Shown in pieces: positions 11,034 through 23,269 of a DNA stretch of 60,389 bases (positions are counted from its first letter, which is position 1; each line of letters begins with the position of its first letter). The DNA is from Fistulifera solaris (Eukaryota). The notes below the pieces were generated by a model. It worked only from the letters and a program-made list of their open reading frames with translations. It did not search any database and was not told the origin of the DNA. The stretch is from the NCBI GenBank assembly GCA_030295235.1, contig AP026133.1:1302001-1362389 (forward strand), written 5' to 3'. Both the position numbers and the translations under genes were made by a program.

Positions 11034-13109
11034 CTATCCTGATTTTCTGAGAAAGCCCTTGAACCAGGATCCATTTTCTTGGTCTGAATTTCGTCCCCAT
11101 CTCCCTCTTTCTGACGTCCCATCGGAGACTTCCGAGAACTCTTCGACGTTTTGCTCCGGATCTTCTTTGTTTGGACGTGGACCTGTGTCGTCAGCCTTGT
11201 CGTGCTTCTTCGACCTGGTGCCGTGACCCTTCTCCGTCTCCTCTACCGCCTCATAAGCTTGCATGTCGCCATCTTCCTCATTTAATTGCTCGGTAGATGA
11301 CCCGCTTAAGTTTTGTATTCGCATGGAACTTTCTCCTCCTCTAACTTTGTCTTTCCCACTAGATGATTTCTTGTTCTCCTTGTCGTCTTTCTGTGACTTG
11401 ACCGAAGATTCCTTTTCCATACCCTTCGTACGTCCCTCCTTCTCCGCTGTGCTACCTTTAGCACTTTTTATTTTCTTTTCCTTGCTGGTACCCTTTTCTT
11501 TACCTTTTTTGGAGCCGTACCCGGAATTTTGCTCCGTATAGGGATCTTCATAGTATTCATTTGGCTCTTCTTCGACCCCATAGTCATCGGTGCTTATCTG
11601 CTCATCATCATCTGTGCTTACTTGTTCGTCATCGTCGGTACTATCATCAGTGGAAGCTGGTATGTAATCATCCGTTTCGGTTGGTGGTAGATCATCTGTA
11701 GCCGCCCACGGCTGCCAAGAGTCCGTCGGCTGATCTATTGGTCCTAATTGCTGCGTACTTGAGCCTTGATCATAAGCGCTATCAAGTGTTGCGTCGTCAG
11801 TCGTCACTTCATCGTCATGACTTAGATCGTCGTTTGAGTGGTTGGGGGTATCGTACGCATCAATGGGTTCGTCGTCAGTTCCATCATCGTCGTTAGGCAC
11901 GTCGTCAGTTTGATCGTCGTCTGAATGGCTCGGTTCATCGTGTGTGTCAATGGGTTCGTCGCCAGTTTGATCATCGTCGTTTTGACCTGGCTCATCGTAC
12001 ATTTCAACAGGTTCCTCGTCGGGCTGTACGGGTTCATTTCCTGTATCGCTGGGTTCATCTTTATCAGCCCAGGGCTGCCAAGGACCAGTAGAATTATTTG
12101 TGGTTCCAATTTGATGTCCAGCTGTGCCTTCGCTTGGTGCTGTTGGCGATTGCTGAGTACTGTCTTCAGCAATAATTGCCTGAATTCTTTCTTGCAAGAG
12201 TCTCGCTAAATCCAATGCTTTAAATAGCTTTTGAGGATTCGGCATCCCTGTACCGCCTACGAGGCCTTTTGGGAAGCCTCCCCCTCCTCCACTTGTTGGG
12301 TTACTGCTACCATCTTCTAAGGATCGAGCTCCACCTTCTTGCGTTTCCGCATCTGCTCCGGTTCCCTCACGATTTATCATCCTGCCGCCAATAATGGGAA
12401 TGTCGTTTGGTACACAGAACGGTATTGGCCAGATATTTGTGCAATCTATGTAGAAACCCGGTCCTGTCGGACAAGCGCCACAGAAAGTGCAGGTTCCTAG
12501 ATTGTCGCCAAGCTGTACATTGCAATCATCCACGGAGACAGTCACATCTCCTTGGAGAGGATTTACATCAATTTCAAGCTGTGATTCAATACAAAAGTCG
12601 CCGAAAGGAATTACTCCTCCTCTACCGCCGTTCAAGGCCAAAGAGCTGTATGTCATGTCGGTCAAACACACGGACGCCGGTGTCGAGAGCGAAAGTGCCA
12701 AATAGCGGAAGATAAATGCTCCCTGATACCGAACGCCATAAGATGTCCGTCCACTTTGAGTCGGGGTGTATCTCTCGCAAGTGTAGGAGACTTGTGGTGC
12801 CAAGGGCTTCATACTGCATTCACAGTTGTATGTACCGTCGCTATAAAGACGTTCAATGATATTGCATATCCGTCTGACAAACAAATCTCGTTCTTCTGAA
12901 TTTCGTTCAATCTGTACAACTCCATCGGAGATACTATTTAAATAATCCAGGGAATATCCTTCATTCATCAACTCTCGTTTGATAGATACTTTATATTCCG
13001 ATCGGTCAAGCTCGTCTGAATATAACCTAAATGCATCGCGATCGTTCGAACCGGAGACGTGCCCGGAGAGGAAAAAAACAAAAGCTAAGGCGTTTCTTAT
13101 AATTCTCAT
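11034..13109 (-). CDS. Secreted protein, 12-Cys domain family paralog 1, with long Asp-rich and Lys-rich tail
   Basis: 691-aa ORF: signal peptide, 12-Cys domain, TDD/DEP-rich region, KXXK-rich region. Confidence 0.8.
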   Translation of the reverse strand: MRIIRNALAFVFFLSGHVSGSNDRDAFRLYSDELDRSEYKVSIKRELMNEGYSLDYLNSISDGVVQIERNSEERDLFVRRICNIIERLYSDGTYNCECSMKPLAPQVSYTCERYTPTQSGRTSYGVRYQGAFIFRYLALSLSTPASVCLTDMTYSSLALNGGRGGVIPFGDFCIESQLEIDVNPLQGDVTVSVDDCNVQLGDNLGTCTFCGACPTGPGFYIDCTNIWPIPFCVPNDIPIIGGRMINREGTGADAETQEGGARSLEDGSSNPTSGGGGGFPKGLVGGTGMPNPQKLFKALDLARLLQERIQAIIAEDSTQQSPTAPSEGTAGHQIGTTNNSTGPWQPWADKDEPSDTGNEPVQPDEEPVEMYDEPGQNDDDQTGDEPIDTHDEPSHSDDDQTDDVPNDDDGTDDEPIDAYDTPNHSNDDLSHDDEVTTDDATLDSAYDQGSSTQQLGPIDQPTDSWQPWAATDDLPPTETDDYIPASTDDSTDDDEQVSTDDDEQISTDDYGVEEEPNEYYEDPYTEQNSGYGSKKGKEKGTSKEKKIKSAKGSTAEKEGRTKGMEKESSVKSQKDDKENKKSSSGKDKVRGGESSMRIQNLSGSSTEQLNEEDGDMQAYEAVEETEKGHGTRSKKHDKADDTGPRPNKEDPEQNVEEFSEVSDGTSERGRWGRNSDQENGSWFKGFLRKSG

Positions 13110-14567
13110 GGTAATTTGTCACTCATATATTTGGATTTCGTTTTGCTTTGTCTTTCGTTCCTTGCTTGTTGTGTCAAAGCAAAACGTGAGGACATCGTAA
13201 ATTTTGTGTTGGGAAGTTGAATCGGGTAAAGAAAGTAAGTGTAGTCCTTCGATATCTCTGTATCCTTTAAAATGTAATTGTAAAGGCAGCACGGTATTGA
13301 AAACTGTACGGGACGACAAATTTGAAAATTTGAATCGTTTTTTGTTCGTGTGATTACAGTCGTTTGAAGAACCGGAGCTAGAACTGTTCCAGAGGCTGCG
13401 TTGAACGTTACAAACCTACAGATTTCTCTTTTCCCCCAAAGCTTACCAAATTTCCAAGCAGTCTATCGCCTGGCGAGCACCGGCGCACACCATCGCCATG
13501 ATGCGATCCGCTTTAGGAATCCTTCTCATCGATTTATTGCCGAAGAAAGTCAAGTCACCACGGAAAGAAACTGCACTATTGTAATCCAGAGATGCGATAC
13601 AGTCCTCGACTGTTCTTGTCGCAAATAGCCCCAGATCGTGCACATGAAGTTTACAACGATTTCAATCGTGAGGCAATAAGCGTGATCGATTCTTAATGTT
13701 CTTTTGTATTTCCAACACGAAAGAACTTTCATTTCACATGATGGGTAACCGCTATCAAAGTATACACTTTATGCGTTTCCATCCTTTACTAGAATGCCGA
13801 AGCAACAATTCACTATCATTTTTTCGGTCAAAGAAATCTTAGCCGTTGTCTCGATCGCACCTTACGTGAACGCCTCCAGTATCTTGGAATTATTTTTAGA
13901 TAAATAAATACATTTGCGAGAAGATCATTGTGCGTTTACCCTCCATTGAGTTTGCTGAGACGAGAAGCATCTTCTAATAGGTTTTCGTGAGTTCATACAC
14001 TCCAAACAAAGACTAATCTGAACTTGTGTTTCGAAGACAATATTCTGGTCTTCCGTTGCAGCTTGCAGTAGTTCTTTCTTGTGGTGTCCGAATCTGTCAA
14101 TGCGGCCACTCGCAGATCGCAAACTGATGAGAAAGATTAAGACTTCTCAAGAAAGACGATTTAGCTAAGACAACAGATTTTCATGAGCAAAAAATAATTA
14201 ATGTGAACGGCTCTTTGGAGTAAAAAAAAGTTGATACGGAGCCTCTAAAAGTTTAGTTAAAGGATGCTGTACCGGTTGCAGTTTGCGGTCAAACTCATTT
14301 TGCAACTATCGAAACCGGTTAGGAAGCCTTTAAGTGTCACTGTCACTGGTTCTTAGTTTTCACGATTACCAGGTACAGTACGCACATGATTTTCTCTTTT
14401 GGATCGAGCAAATGTCTCCTTCGGTGGATAGGTTGTTGTCTCTTGTGCATTATTTATTCGACGAGCCCGAGGAGCCTAGGCAGCAAGAAGCCGCCCGCAG
14501 ATCGCATTATCATTGCAAGTCCCAAGCGTCACTGTCCGAAGAAAAAGAAATCAAGCAATCTATCAAC

Positions 14568-15655
14568 ATGCGATGGCCGATCTTTCTTTCTGCACTTTTC
14601 GGACTTATTGGAGTTAGTTTGGCCTCCAGACAGCCTAACTTGAGCAATACAAGCGATCTTGATGAAGGAAGGAAAGCGGAACTGCGCGGATCTCGTAGGT
14701 TGTTGAGGACCGATGACAACAAAGCGTTCCATCTTTTCCATGAACGGAATGAAGATGGATCGATTCACGATGACGCTGATCGAGACCTTTTCATCCGTCG
14801 CATCTGCGGCGACGTAGAACGACTCTTCACTAGTCAATACACTTGCGATTGTTCCGCAGATGGCCTGCCATTGCAAATATCGTACTCGTGTGAACGAATG
14901 TCGCCTTCTCAAGTTGGAAGAGCAGCATACGGAACGCGGTATGAAGGTTCTTTGTCATTCGATTACTGGAAACACAAATCTCTTCGCCTGTCTCTGTGTG
15001 TCTGACCGACGTAACCTACCAAGCGGTACGGTTGGGAGAAGCCGGGCGATTCGTGCCATTTGGGAACTTTTGCATCGAAGGAACTCTCACGATTGATGTT
15101 GATCCTCTTCAAGGACAAGTCTCTGCTTCGGTCGCTGATTGCAATGTGCAGTTTGGCGATATTGGAACTTGCACATCTTGCCAGAGATGCCCAACCAGTG
15201 AAAATGGCTTTTACTTGGATTGTCCGAGCATGCCCGGGCCTCTTTGCCTATCCAATAACATTCCCTTTTTTGGATCAACAGTCCAAACAAATGATCGAGA
15301 TGTATTCGATGCGCTTGGTCTTACGCAAATGATGGAAAGTAGAGTTGACGAGATGTTGGCCGAAGAGGATGCTACTGCTACGGAAGAAATAATACGATCG
15401 CCACAACAACAAGAAACCGCACAACAACCCACAACAGGAGGTAGCACCACCGGAAATACGGTTCAAAGTACGACATGGTCGAATACACAAGGTCTACAAA
15501 ACCCGGCACCTAACACTGGGCACTCCAAATGGCTCGAATACGCGAGCGCCAACAAACCAGCAACCCCGCAAAGCAATTCACAAATCAACATGAATAACGG
15601 CAATCGAGATATTCCTTGGTGGGTGATGCTTACGACGAAAGGCGGCAATCGTTGA
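14568..15655 (+). CDS. Secreted protein, 12-Cys domain family paralog 2 (frameshift at ~14980)
   Basis: Signal peptide MRWPIFLSALFGLIGVSLA; RDLFIRRIC and PFGNFCIE..IDVDPLQGQV align with paralog 1. Confidence 0.8.
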
Positions 15656-16547
15656 ATGCGATCGCTTCGGAAAATGATCAACTGGCTAATTGCCTTGTAT
15701 CGACTCCCAACGGACTGTTATTTTTGAACAAAGGTTCTACGTCGGGATTAAATACCTATTTCACCTTTGACTTGTGAAAAAAGCCGTGACTTATTGTGTC
15801 GTCGGCCTTGCGCGACAGAACCTCGATTACCGATTACCTGAATGAATACAGTGATGAATGATCAATGTAAATTGGAGTAATTATAAGCAGTAACAATTTG
15901 CACGTCGAGCTGAAAATTTAGCGCCTCTTACAAATGGTCACTCGGCTTTGGTTGTCGGCGTATGAACGGTTGGTCGTTGGACTTATGCCTTTTTCAAAAA
16001 CCACAGGATGGTTGTGGGATATAACGCTACGTTGCATACCGATACTTTCCACGCCAAAGCCAAGAGGTTGCCAAACTCTGAAAGATTGTGTGGTAACAAA
16101 GCGATTGCCGATTAACATTTTTCCTCGTAGAAAACATACATCCCGTGGCCTCAAGTGGTCGGTGCCTAATCATCTTCTTTCAACCCCAAGTACAAGAAGA
16201 TGTTTGTACACATGTGACTCTATAGTGTTGAGCTGTGCAGCAACGATAAATTATCCATCAACCATTCGAAGCACTAAAAACACACGCTTTACCACGTAAC
16301 AAATGGAATTACGAATAGATGATCCTCAATTAAGTTAGTTTTCGAGTACAAGTAGAGAACGACAGAGATGTTTCTCTCGTCCAATGTTTTTTACGGAATA
16401 TGTTTCAAAATTTCAAATTCGTCAAAGACACGTCATATCCCATGCGACATGCGACACCTACCTTTCTATTGTGTGCAGTATCCCGAACCTCACTACAGAT
16501 GTTTCACACATGAAACGCGGATCATGCACGATCCGTGACTGTGTCTA

Positions 16548-19500
16548 CCCCATATCCGGTCATGATATCCCATTTGGGATATCATACCCCATTTTAGCGA
16601 AGATTTCGTTACCTAACTTAATCTCTGTTTAACTTTCGAAATCCCCATTTTGATATTGTAATCCTTGTTATTTAAGTAAATTGGTTCTGAAATTTGTTTT
16701 TAAATTAGGCAGACATTGCAAATCCTATTATCTGCTATATCGAGCACCTCGTCGGCACTTTTTGCTCTGTCTGTCACCCACACAAGGCCCTTTTTCTCAT
16801 TCCAATATCTCGATCACCATGGCGTCTCCTGCAAATCTGGTTGATAATGATCAACAACAACAACCAAAAAAAACGAAAGTGTGGCCTTTGCAAAAGCGAA
16901 GGTCATGACAAACGGAATTGTCCTGCGCGAAACCGTTTACCAGCCCAAAATTCAGTGCCTGACACGACCGTACATCAAAATGATGTTATTGTGGCACCAC
17001 CAACACCTCCCATGCCTGCTTTTGTTCCTCGATTCCCTCCTATACTTAACTGGCAACATATTCTTTATGTTGTATTTGATTTGGAGACCACTGGATTTTC
17101 AAAAAGTTTCACGAAATCATTGAATTGTCGGCACAGATTTTGAATCCATCCGGTATTCAAGTCGAAGATGGCCAATTCAGCGAACTTATCCATCCAAGCA
17201 AGATGATTTCGGATGAAATCATTGCATTGACTGGAATAACCAATGATATGGTTAAGAATTCTCCATTGTTCCCAGTTGTTGCAAGAGATTTCATCCATTT
17301 CATGCAAAAATGTGCATCAGAATCCGACATTCGTGTTGATCACATCGTCCTCGTTGCGCACAATGGGAAACGGTTTGATGTTCCTTTCTTGCTTTCTGAA
17401 TTGAAAAGATACAATCTTGAACATCATATCCTTGAAGATCATAGGTTTGGGTTTGCTATCGACCACGATAGAAATGGCAAAAAAAGCTGTCTCTCAAAGA
17501 AATTTGGCAGCACCGCCAGCTTACAACCTTGGTTCTCTTTTTCAATATGTCACTGGTGAAAACCCTGACCAAGCGCATCGTGCTTGGTCAGATGTGCAGT
17601 CAACAGTCCGTGTATTTCGCTTTCAGCACTTTTGGTCAATTCGTCTGAGTTGCTTGTTCTTGTTACATCCGAATGCATTGGAAGCTCCCACCACATTGAC
17701 ACTGGATCTGCCTGACGACTGGAGGGAGGAGGAAGTTTCTTCTGATGAAGAAAGCAAAGTCGGGAAGAATTCACTGATGAATTGATTGATGAAGTCAATA
17801 ATCAAACGCAGCCTCTTGGGGATTCTTGGGAAAAGGATGTCATCTTCCAGGCTATGGAGCCGAATCCAATGGAAAGTTTCCGGATCCACCACACAACAGT
17901 TGGCAGGAGCGAACGAGTTATAACGGGTCTGTTGTGCAGTCCCATTGATGTCAACACACCGATTCGTGCCTGGAGGGAAATTTTCAAGAAAACACTACTT
18001 GATAGAATAGTGTTTCATACTGACGAATCACGGAAAGCTACGATCAAAAGATTGGAAGGATGTTACACGGCATGATCTGGAGCAATTCATTGCGGTGTTA
18101 TTCCTTATGAGTATCCAAAAGCGAAAAGACAAGCCATCAAACTGGTTCTCAGACGATCCATACCTTGAATGTCAGGCTGCAAAAAACATTATGAGTGGGC
18201 GAAAATTCCACAAGATGCTTCGATTTCTTCACTGTTGCTCTGTAACCAATCAACCAACAGGAGACAATTATGATCCAGCCTATAAGATAGCAGAAGTACG
18301 GGACTACCTCGAAGACCGCTTTTCCAGATTATTTTCACCTGGCCAACAATTGTCACTTGATGAGACTCTCATTCGTGCATTTGGAAGGATGAAGTTCAAA
18401 GTGCGCATCATTTCTAAGTCAGCACGGTACGGGATCAAAGTATATGTGTTGACTGATGCTGAAACAGCATATGTCCTTCGTGTTCTTGTTTACACCGGAA
18501 AAGCGACCTACGGCGAACATGAATCAGATGAAGTCAACAAAAAGAAAACTGTTCAGGTAGTTGAGAAGCTGGTGAGCCCATTCTTTGGTACTCACAGAAC
18601 TGTTTATGTGGATCGGTTCTATACATCAGTTGATCTGATGAAGGCGCTGAAAAAAAATGATATCTATGTGACGGGGACCGTTGTTGCAAACAGACTACCA
18701 AAAGATGTGCGACTAGCCAAGAATTCACCGGTGTTTAAGTCCATGAAAAGAGGAGATGCTATTAAGTTTCGCTTAAAGATGAATGATGGAAGTGGTGGGG
18801 TCTTCTATGCTGGTCTGGTGTGTTGGAAAGACAGTAAAATGGTTTACTGCCTTTCGAATGACAGCAATAATCATGACTTCGATGAGTGTCGCCGAAGAGT
18901 GCAAGGTGGGATTGTTACAGTCCCAAGACCAATCTCAATTGCACACTACAACAAATACATGGGGGGTGTTGACTTGGCGGATATGCGCCGGTTGCACTGT
19001 AACTCGACGGTGATGGGACTAAGTCGTTGGTGGTTAAAACTCTTCTTCTATTTGCTGGATGTTGGGACTTCTAATGCTCTTGTCTTGTACAACGAGTCAC
19101 AGAAGCAAAGAGTCAATGATTATAAGCCAACAAATATTGTGGAGTTCAAAGGAAAACTAATCTCCAGTCTTGCAGGAGAGATGTCTGGAAATGAACCGAA
19201 TGTGGCAATGGCAGGACATAGGGCTGAGAAGATTCCTAATGACCAGAGATCCAAATGTGCCTATTGTTCCATTCAAGGAAGGGACAGTAGGTCAAGGTAC
19301 AGATGTGAAACTTGTGGAATTCCCCTTTGTTCTGTTTTCAATGGTAAGAGTGATCACGATTGCTTCAGTGAGGCTCATAAAAATGAGGATGTGAGACAGT
19401 TGACACTTGCCCATTACAAGAAGATGCAGACAACAACAAACAACAGAGGAAAGAAAAAAAATTAAAATTAGTAATCTATATATAGTCAACTCACTATTCG

Positions 19501-19678
19501 GTGACTTTCAATGGAAACAACCAATGATATGTTAGTTTTGCAAAGGTTTATAACTTAAGATCCATGATTTCATAGCATCATTAGTACATTTGCGTAGAAA
19601 CAGTACCAGGTATAATTACAGTTTCTGACCGGTACTGATATCCCATATGGGATATCAGGGGGGTGATCGGATATCGGC
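16548..19678 (+). mobile_element. piggyBac-superfamily DNA transposon (boundaries inferred from palindromic imperfect terminal repeats)
   Basis: Contains the transposase. Left TACCCCATATCCGGTCA-TGATATCCCATTTGGGATATCA matches the reverse complement of the right end, TAGCCGATATCCGATCA(C6)TGATATCCCATATGGGATATCA. Confidence 0.7.
16819..19465 (+). CDS. CCHC zinc knuckle + DEDDh exonuclease + piggyBac DDD transposase + Cys-rich domain (about 5 frameshifts in the 5' half)
   Basis: CGLCKSEGHDKRNC; FDLETTG / AHNGKRFD / HRAWSD; LSLDETL, VDRFYT, YNKYMGGVDLAD; C-terminal CAYC..CETC..LC..CFSEAH. Confidence 0.85.
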
Positions 19679-20137
19679 TACAATTCAACGTAGAGTCGAA
19701 AACTTTGGACGAGAAAAGAGAAAACGGAACGAAGAGGAGGAGTTTTTACGTGCTACCATGCATGGGGCTATATTCTGTGCAAGCTATCCCGCGCTCAACG
19801 TCGAGCACGACCGACATTTTAGTTCCAATGAACGCCGGCCGGTGACTAAAAGTTTTTAGTACAGTATGTTCTACTTAGAATGTCTATGAATCTTGCGCAT
19901 TTATCCTATCTATTATTTTCAATTATGGTCCTATCCGTATTCTTGCACTATCCGAAGTGTACAACGGATAATTTTCCCGACTACAACTCGGTGGGTGTGG
20001 GTGGCGATTTTCCAGAGTGGAAGTCCTTCGCGGCCTTCGCGTCGATTTTTGCCTCCGAGGTGCGCAATAAAAAGGCTCATTTAAAGCCGAAGACGCGAAA
20101 CATATCTTTTGCAATCAATACTTGTAATAACAATCAC

Positions 20138-21010
20138 ATGAAACTCTCTTCCGCCCTTGTTTCCGCTTTCCTCGTCACCGCAGCTGCTGCAAATGAGGAG
20201 ACTCTAACTTTCCGTTCTCTCCGCGGAGGAGATGAATCAGGTCGAATCTCTGGTACCGTCCAGCTTCCCGAGGCGGCCATGGACGCGGACCGTGAAACCC
20301 AAGGCCTCTTCAACGGTGCTGTCTGCACTGGTATCGAACGACTTCTAGGAGGAACTGTTGAATGTGCATGCACGCCTGAAATCTTGGCTGGTACTCTCTC
20401 CTTCGATTGCGACACTCTTCGCGATGTCACCATCCGACAAAATATCATCTACACACCCAGCTTCACTGGGCTTTTCGCTGTCTCTCTTGCTAATAGAGAT
20501 ATTTCATTTGGTGTTGGATATTGTCTGGATGGATTCACTGTTGATCTCGATATTGAAAGTGTTCCTTCGCCCATCAATGTCGGAGACGTCTGCTTCGCCG
20601 GACAAGTCAAACTCGAGCCTGCCGGAAGTCGCCTCATCAGTACTTCCTTGGAATCCTGCACCTTCACTGCGGGATCTTTTGGTGTATGTGATTCCTGTGT
20701 ACCGTGCGAGACATCGGGAGGGCAAGCTGGGTTCAGCGTTTCTTGCGATTTCGTGGAAGTCGCTGCCTGCGTTCCCCTCGCTCTTCCTGTCAGTCGCAGT
20801 TCCCGCCGTGTCCGCCCGCAGTTGTTTGGAGAACAGATTGCGGATGGTATGATACAACTTATCGAAAATAACCTTGACCGCTTTGTCGGTGAAGAAGCCG
20901 AACCGGAAGCGCAGGTCGCAGAAGCACCGGCGGTTCAGTCGGCGGAGGAGAATAAGCCCAAGAAGGACAAGAAACGCAAGAAGCCTAAAAAGAACAAGAA
21001 GGATGACTAA
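20138..21010 (+). CDS. Secreted protein, 12-Cys domain family paralog 3, with Lys-rich tail
   Basis: Signal peptide MKLSSALVSAFLVTAAAA, RSLRG motif, same Cys spacing as paralogs 1 and 2, tail KPKKDKKRKKPKKNKKDD. Confidence 0.8.
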   Translation: MKLSSALVSAFLVTAAAANEETLTFRSLRGGDESGRISGTVQLPEAAMDADRETQGLFNGAVCTGIERLLGGTVECACTPEILAGTLSFDCDTLRDVTIRQNIIYTPSFTGLFAVSLANRDISFGVGYCLDGFTVDLDIESVPSPINVGDVCFAGQVKLEPAGSRLISTSLESCTFTAGSFGVCDSCVPCETSGGQAGFSVSCDFVEVAACVPLALPVSRSSRRVRPQLFGEQIADGMIQLIENNLDRFVGEEAEPEAQVAEAPAVQSAEENKPKKDKKRKKPKKNKKDD

Positions 21011-21365
21011 GTGGCGATGCAGAGAAACTCGTTGCCCGAGTAAAACTTTTCGATTGATTCGTCTCATGCGCTGATAAGTAAAACTCGTACATATTGTAGT
21101 CCTAATTGTCGAAACGGTAGACTCGTACGTCAATACTTATTTTAAGAAGCGTGTAGTTAGAACGAGCTTATCCAAAAGCTTTACTGTAAACAGATTTCAT
21201 CGAAGGAACTGCTCGCAGATGATTGGCCTAACTCGCAGATGATTGGCCTAAGGAAAAAGGACCATTTCTAATAACCGGCAGTTTCGCATTTCGTATTGTA
21301 TCCAAGGTTTTACGGAAAAAATGACAGACGATTTACGTCTCCATTTTTCATTTCTCTCCCGTTTT

Positions 21366-21669
21366 AATATAATCGAATTGGTGTGGAGAAAACACATTTC
21401 AAAATGAGAGCGTTTCGATAAATTTGACAAATAAACTAGCGAACCATAAGTTCATACTCAGGACTGAGCTTGAGTCTAACTTGAGTCTTGTCGAAAAGTC
21501 GCCAACACTTTCGGTGTATAGTCAAGATCCACGACCAACGATCCAGCGGAAATGATAGCTCAACGATCTAATTGCGCATCGCAAATGTATCACATGGTAA
21601 TATAATCAAATTGGTGTGGAGTGTGGAGAAAACACATTTCAAAATGAGAGCGTTTCGATAATTTGACAA
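21366..21669. repeat. ~65-bp direct duplication in the intergenic spacer between paralogs 3 and 4
   Basis: TAATATAATC.AATTGGTGTGGAG..AAAACACATTTCAAAATGAGAGCGTTTCGATAA.TTTGACAA at ~21366-21430 and ~21598-21669; also CTCGCAGATGATTGGCCTAA twice at 21212-21251. Confidence 0.85.
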
Positions 21670-21849
21670 GTAAAAAACTATGAGTCTTGACAATGACACT
21701 CGCCTAAAAAACGAACGTAATTTTGGACGTGTTTGGATACACGATTTACAGCTCACAAAATGAATCGGTGAATCACTTTTCCTGCAAATCAAAAACACTC
21801 AAATGAAAACATAACAACACTTTTTCTAAAATAAAAACGAGATCAGATT

Positions 21850-22952
21850 ATGAAGCTTCTTTTACCAATCTCTTTCTCTGTCCTTGCCAGTGCTTCCGCT
21901 TCAAATGATCAAAGTCCGGCTCTACGATCTGCCAACAGTATTGGCTATGCAAGCGGCAGAGACCTCGCGAGCGAAGGCGAGCGTGAAGCCTGTCTGTTTG
22001 CACAGGCATCGAGAGACTTCTAGGAGCAACAGTAGAATGCGAATGTGTACCAGAAATAATGACTGGTACTCTGTCCTTCGATTGCGACACACTTCGTGAT
22101 GTCACCATCCGACAAAACATCATCTACACGCCGAGCTTCACGGGTTTATTCTCCGTAGCTCTTCTTCCGATGGACGTTTCCTTTGGTGTGGGATATTGTC
22201 TAGATGGATTTACTATTTCCATTGAGGAAGCTCCAATGCCCTTGAACGTTGGCGATGTCTGCTTCCAGGGCCAAGTTAAACTTGACTCTGATTTGAATTC
22301 CACTACTCCGCTTTTGACACCTACATTGGAATCATGTACCTTTACAGCGGGATCGTTCGGTGTATGTGAAGCCTGTGAACCATGCACAACATCCTCCGGG
22401 CAGACGGGGTTCAGTGTCACGTGCGATTTTGTGGAAGTAGCTGCGTGTGTTCCACTCGCCATTCCCATCAGTCGCAACTCTCGTCGAGTGAGTACAGAGC
22501 TTTTTGGAGAACAAATTGCCGATGGCATGTTAAAGCTGGCTCAGCCCGAAATTGATCGAATGATTAGTGAGGCGCAGGCCGCTGCGACTCCTCAGGACGA
22601 ACCTGACGAAGCACTGGATGGAGAGGAGCCCGTAGATGAAGAAGGACCCGTTGAAGAACCGGATGAAAGCGAAGCGATTGCTACAGAACCGGTAGACGTA
22701 TCTAATAAGAAAGCCTCCAAGGGCAAAACGCCGAAAATGTCCAAGGGCGTGGGCGACGAGGAGCAAGAAGAAGACGACGAGGAGGAGCAACCACAAAACG
22801 AAGGGAAACCACAAGATGAATCCGAGACAGTAGAAGGTGAGGAGGAAGAGGAAACTGAAGACGAGCCAGAAGAGTCCGTATTACCCGATTGGGGAGAACC
22901 AAACACGAATACCGGAAAAAGATCATTTTGGGACAGAATGTGGCCATTCTAA
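21850..22952 (+). CDS. Secreted protein, 12-Cys domain family paralog 4 (frameshift at ~21960-22000), acidic tail
   Basis: Signal peptide MKLLLPISFSVLASASA; GTLSFDCDTLRDVTIRQNIIYTPSFTGLF is identical to paralog 3; tandem duplicate. Confidence 0.8.
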
Positions 22953-23269
22953 AACACCCCTGCATTCCTTAATTTAAAGCAACTCGCGTCTCTTGTCAAT
23001 CTAAAATGTAGTTGGTTCGCTTTCAAACTATCAATGAAAAGTAAGATAGATAGATGGTGCTCTATAATAGACTCTCTAGAGAAGAAAGACGTGCTGCGTC
23101 AACATTAGGTACCGTATAAGGTTCGAGATACAGGTGCAAGCCAATTTTTGAGCGGCAACGCTGCGAGACTGGTAGAGGAGTAATAATAAAATGGATGGAT
23201 AGAGGCGAAAGTGAGACAACCGCCATGAGAATAGAAAGAATTCGTTTATAACGACAATTCACAGGAGAC

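Noticed and set aside
19880..20137. N-terminal extension of paralog 3 (and similarly 14334-14567 for paralog 2)
   Set aside because: The downstream ATGs at 20138 and 14568 begin clear signal peptides and fit the family architecture better.
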